A stretch of 64,000 bases of DNA from an uncultured Chthonomonadaceae bacterium. Lineage in GTDB: Bacteria > Armatimonadota > Chthonomonadetes > Chthonomonadales > Chthonomonadaceae. The stretch spans positions 128,001 through 192,000 of the forward strand of contig CAWFQB010000003.1 of the NCBI GenBank assembly GCA_963817895.1, in the 5' to 3' direction. The stretch's first letter is position 1, and the number at the start of each line of letters is the position of its first letter. The notes under the pieces were generated by a model. The model did not search any database, was not told the origin of the DNA, and saw nothing but the letters and a program-made list of their open reading frames with translations. Below are positions 61,781 through 64,000 of the stretch, piece after piece. The translations under genes were made by a program, and so were the position numbers.

Positions 61781-62796
61781 ATGGACCTGACCCTGCCGAA
61801 CATCCAGAAACTCGACTCCGATGCGAACTACGGCAAGTTCATTGTGGAGCCGCTGGAGCGCGGGTACGGGGTGACGCTGGGAAACTCCCTGCGCCGCGTG
61901 CTGCTGTCCTCGATACCGGGGGCGGCGATTACCTACGTCAAAATTGATAAAGTGCTGCACGAGTTCTCCACCATTCCCGGCGTGAAAGAAGATACGACGG
62001 AACTGTTGTTGAACCTCAAAGATGTGTTTGTCAAAGTGCATCAGAACGGAACCGGCGAACGGCACGAACCTGTGACCATCACCATTGACCGCAAGGGCGA
62101 AGGCGTTGTTACGGGCGCGGATGTGCATTGCCCCTCCGAAGTGGAAGTCGTCAACCCGGAAGCGTACATCGCGACCATCTCGGACGAGGATGCTCACCTG
62201 TTCGTGGAAATGACGATTGAAACCAACAAGGGCTATGTCCTCCCGGATCGTCAGGAGCGGCGCAGTCAAATGGGCATCGGCGTGATTCCGATGGGAGCCG
62301 CGTTTACGCCCGTGCGCAAGGTGAACTACACGGTGGAAGCCACGCGACAGGGATCGAACACGAACCTGGAGCGGCTGATACTGGAAGTGTGGACGAACGG
62401 CACGATTACGCCCGAAACGGCGATCAGCGAGGCCGCCAAAATCCTGAGCCAGTATTTCGGATATGTTCGCCAATTTCCGTGGCGGCACAGCAAGCCTGAT
62501 GCCGACGGGAACCAAGGCGCTGGAGGAGGGTGGCCCCGAACCGCCGTATCTGCGCATCGAGGAACTGGACTTCTCGGTTCGCACCTACAATTGCCTGAAA
62601 AAAGCCAACATTCTGACCATCAACGAACTCGTGCAGTTCACCGAAACCGACCTGATGCAGATTCGCAACTTCGGAAAGAAAATCGCTGACGGAAGTGCGC
62701 GAAAAACTTGGACAACTCGGCCTGTCGCTCAAAGGCGGCACAACCGTCAATCTGGATGACGACGACGAAGCCGATAACGATACAGATGAGGGGTAG
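61781..62796 (+). CDS. rpoA: RNA polymerase subunit alpha; two apparent frameshifts (about 62460 and 62685)
   Basis: [22 protein letters not shown]; alpha-[18 protein letters not shown]...RNFGKK in the shifted frame. Confidence 0.95.
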
Positions 62797-62799
62797 GTA

Positions 62800-62905
62800 A
62801 GAGATACGAGATACGAGATACGAGTTCAGAACCTGAACTAAGTTATTCCTTCATCTTGAAGGTTATCGAGTAGTAACCGGTTCTACTCGTATCTCGTATC
62901 TCTTA
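62800..62905. repeat. palindromic heptamer element (AGATACG)
   Basis: Inverted arms between rpoA and rplQ. Confidence 0.88.
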
Positions 62906-62924
62906 CCTTTCCGAAGGAAAACAC

Positions 62925-63489
62925 ATGCGTCACCGCAAAGCCTATCGAAAGCTTGGATTGCCAAGCGACCAGCGGCGCGCGCTGCTGAAAAGTTTGACGC
63001 GCAGCGCTGCTGCTCAATGACCGCATCGTCACAACGGAAACGCGCGCCAAAGAAGTGCGTCCTATTGTGGAGAAACTTGTCACCATTGCCCGCAAGGGCG
63101 GCACGGAAGCCCCTGTTGCTATGCGCCTGCACACGCGCCGTCTGGTGCGCCGTTGGGTGGACAGCAACATTGACGAGTTTGTCCGCGACCCCTCCAACAA
63201 AGGTCCGCGCGGGGGCGCGAAAATCGCGCGCAACCCGTATTACGTTGTGCCGCGCCTGTTTGAAGAGATCGCGCCGCGCTACATGGATCGTCCGGGCGGC
63301 TACACGCGAATCACCAAAATCGGTTTCCGACGCGGCGATGCCGCTCCGCTTGTGCTGCTGGAGTTTGTGGAAGGCAATGAAGTTCCCATTCCCGAACCCG
63401 ACGCCACGCCCGGTCAGCGCCACTGTCACAAGCGAAGGCCGCAGAGGGCTGTTCGGATTGGGACGACGGAGAGGTTAGGTGATAGTTGA
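62925..63489 (+). CDS. rplQ: 50S ribosomal protein L17; frameshift near 63005, 3' end uncertain
   Basis: MRHRKAYRKLG at 62925; RPGGYTRITKIGFRRGDAAP in the shifted frame. Confidence 0.92.
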
Positions 63490-63577
63490 TAGTTGATAGT
63501 ATAATGCCACCCTCCTCTGCCAAATACGCTGAGAAGAAAACAAAGCGCCTATCAACTATCAACTATTAACTATCAAC
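63480..63577. repeat. palindromic heptamer element (GATAGTT/AACTATC)
   Basis: Inverted arms between rplQ and truA; a single arm also at 18634-18651. Confidence 0.88.
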
Positions 63578-63578
63578 C

Positions 63579-64000
63579 ATGCCACACTTCAAAGCCACTG
63601 TAGAATACGACGGCACGAACTTTTCGGGGTTTCAGTGGCAGCACAACATCCGAACGGTGCAGGGGACGCTGGAAGCCGCGCTGTACGAGCGGACGCGGCA
63701 GACGGTACGGATTACGGGCGCGGGACGGACGGATGCGGGCGTTCATGCGTTGGGACAGGTCATCAGTTTCGAGTGTGAAACGACCATTCCGTTTCCGCGC
63801 ATGGCGATTGCCCTGAACAGCGCGTTGCCTTCGGATGTCACCATCCGGCAGGTAGAGATTGTAGATAGCAGTTTTAATGCGCGGTTTTCCGCGTCCTCGC
63901 GACTGTATGCGTATCTGATCCTGAACCGGGGTACGCCGTCCGCAATTTGGAGCCGTTACAGCGCGTTGCGTCCCGGTCCGCTGGATGTGACTGCGATGCA
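63579..64000 (+). CDS. truA: tRNA pseudouridine(38-40) synthase, truncated by the window edge
   Basis: Read manually: EYDGTNFSGFQWQ, GAGRTDAGVHALGQV and FNARFSA. Confidence 0.95.
   Translation, partial: MPHFKATVEYDGTNFSGFQWQHNIRTVQGTLEAALYERTRQTVRITGAGRTDAGVHALGQVISFECETTIPFPRMAIALNSALPSDVTIRQVEIVDSSFNARFSASSRLYAYLILNRGTPSAIWSRYSALRPGPLDVTAM

Noticed and set aside
61781..63489. Frameshifts in rpoA and rplQ, and in about eight other genes, as pseudogenes or programmed frameshifting
   Set aside because: They hit essential genes, are scattered single-base indels without shared slippery motifs, and the pieces rejoin into full-length proteins. Uncorrected long-read indels are the simplest explanation; read polishing would settle it.

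Overview
Bacterial chromosomal window with high GC content. The lineage is probably Armatimonadota-like; this is an inference from gene content and protein style, not a checked result. The left three quarters are mixed housekeeping and accessory genes: two ECF sigma/zf-HC2 anti-sigma pairs, an IS1-family element with an 8-bp target duplication, a two-component system, dxs, a GT9 heptosyltransferase, a tyrosine/homogentisate catabolic cluster, two HtrA proteases, selA plus a UGA-containing selD separated by three paralogous membrane proteins, etfBA with an Fe-S oxidoreductase, EF-G2 and an Rpn-family gene. The right quarter is the rpsZ-rpsH-rplF-rplR-rpsE-rpmD-rplO-secY-adk-map-infA-rpmJ-rpsM-rpsK-rpsD-rpoA-rplQ-truA block. 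Many genes, including essential rpoA and rplQ, carry single-base frameshifts that are best explained as sequencing indels. Three non-coding signals stand out. (1) About 20 palindromic 7/8-mer tandem-repeat elements share one architecture but differ in unit sequence; they fill most ribosomal-operon spacers and are inserted in frame in two genes. (2) A roughly 590-nt densely structured candidate ncRNA with its own promoter and terminator lies upstream of an orphan SigH-like sigma factor. (3) An orphan one-spacer CRISPR mini-array sits where the spc operon is broken. No database searches could be run, so all family assignments come from motif recognition.
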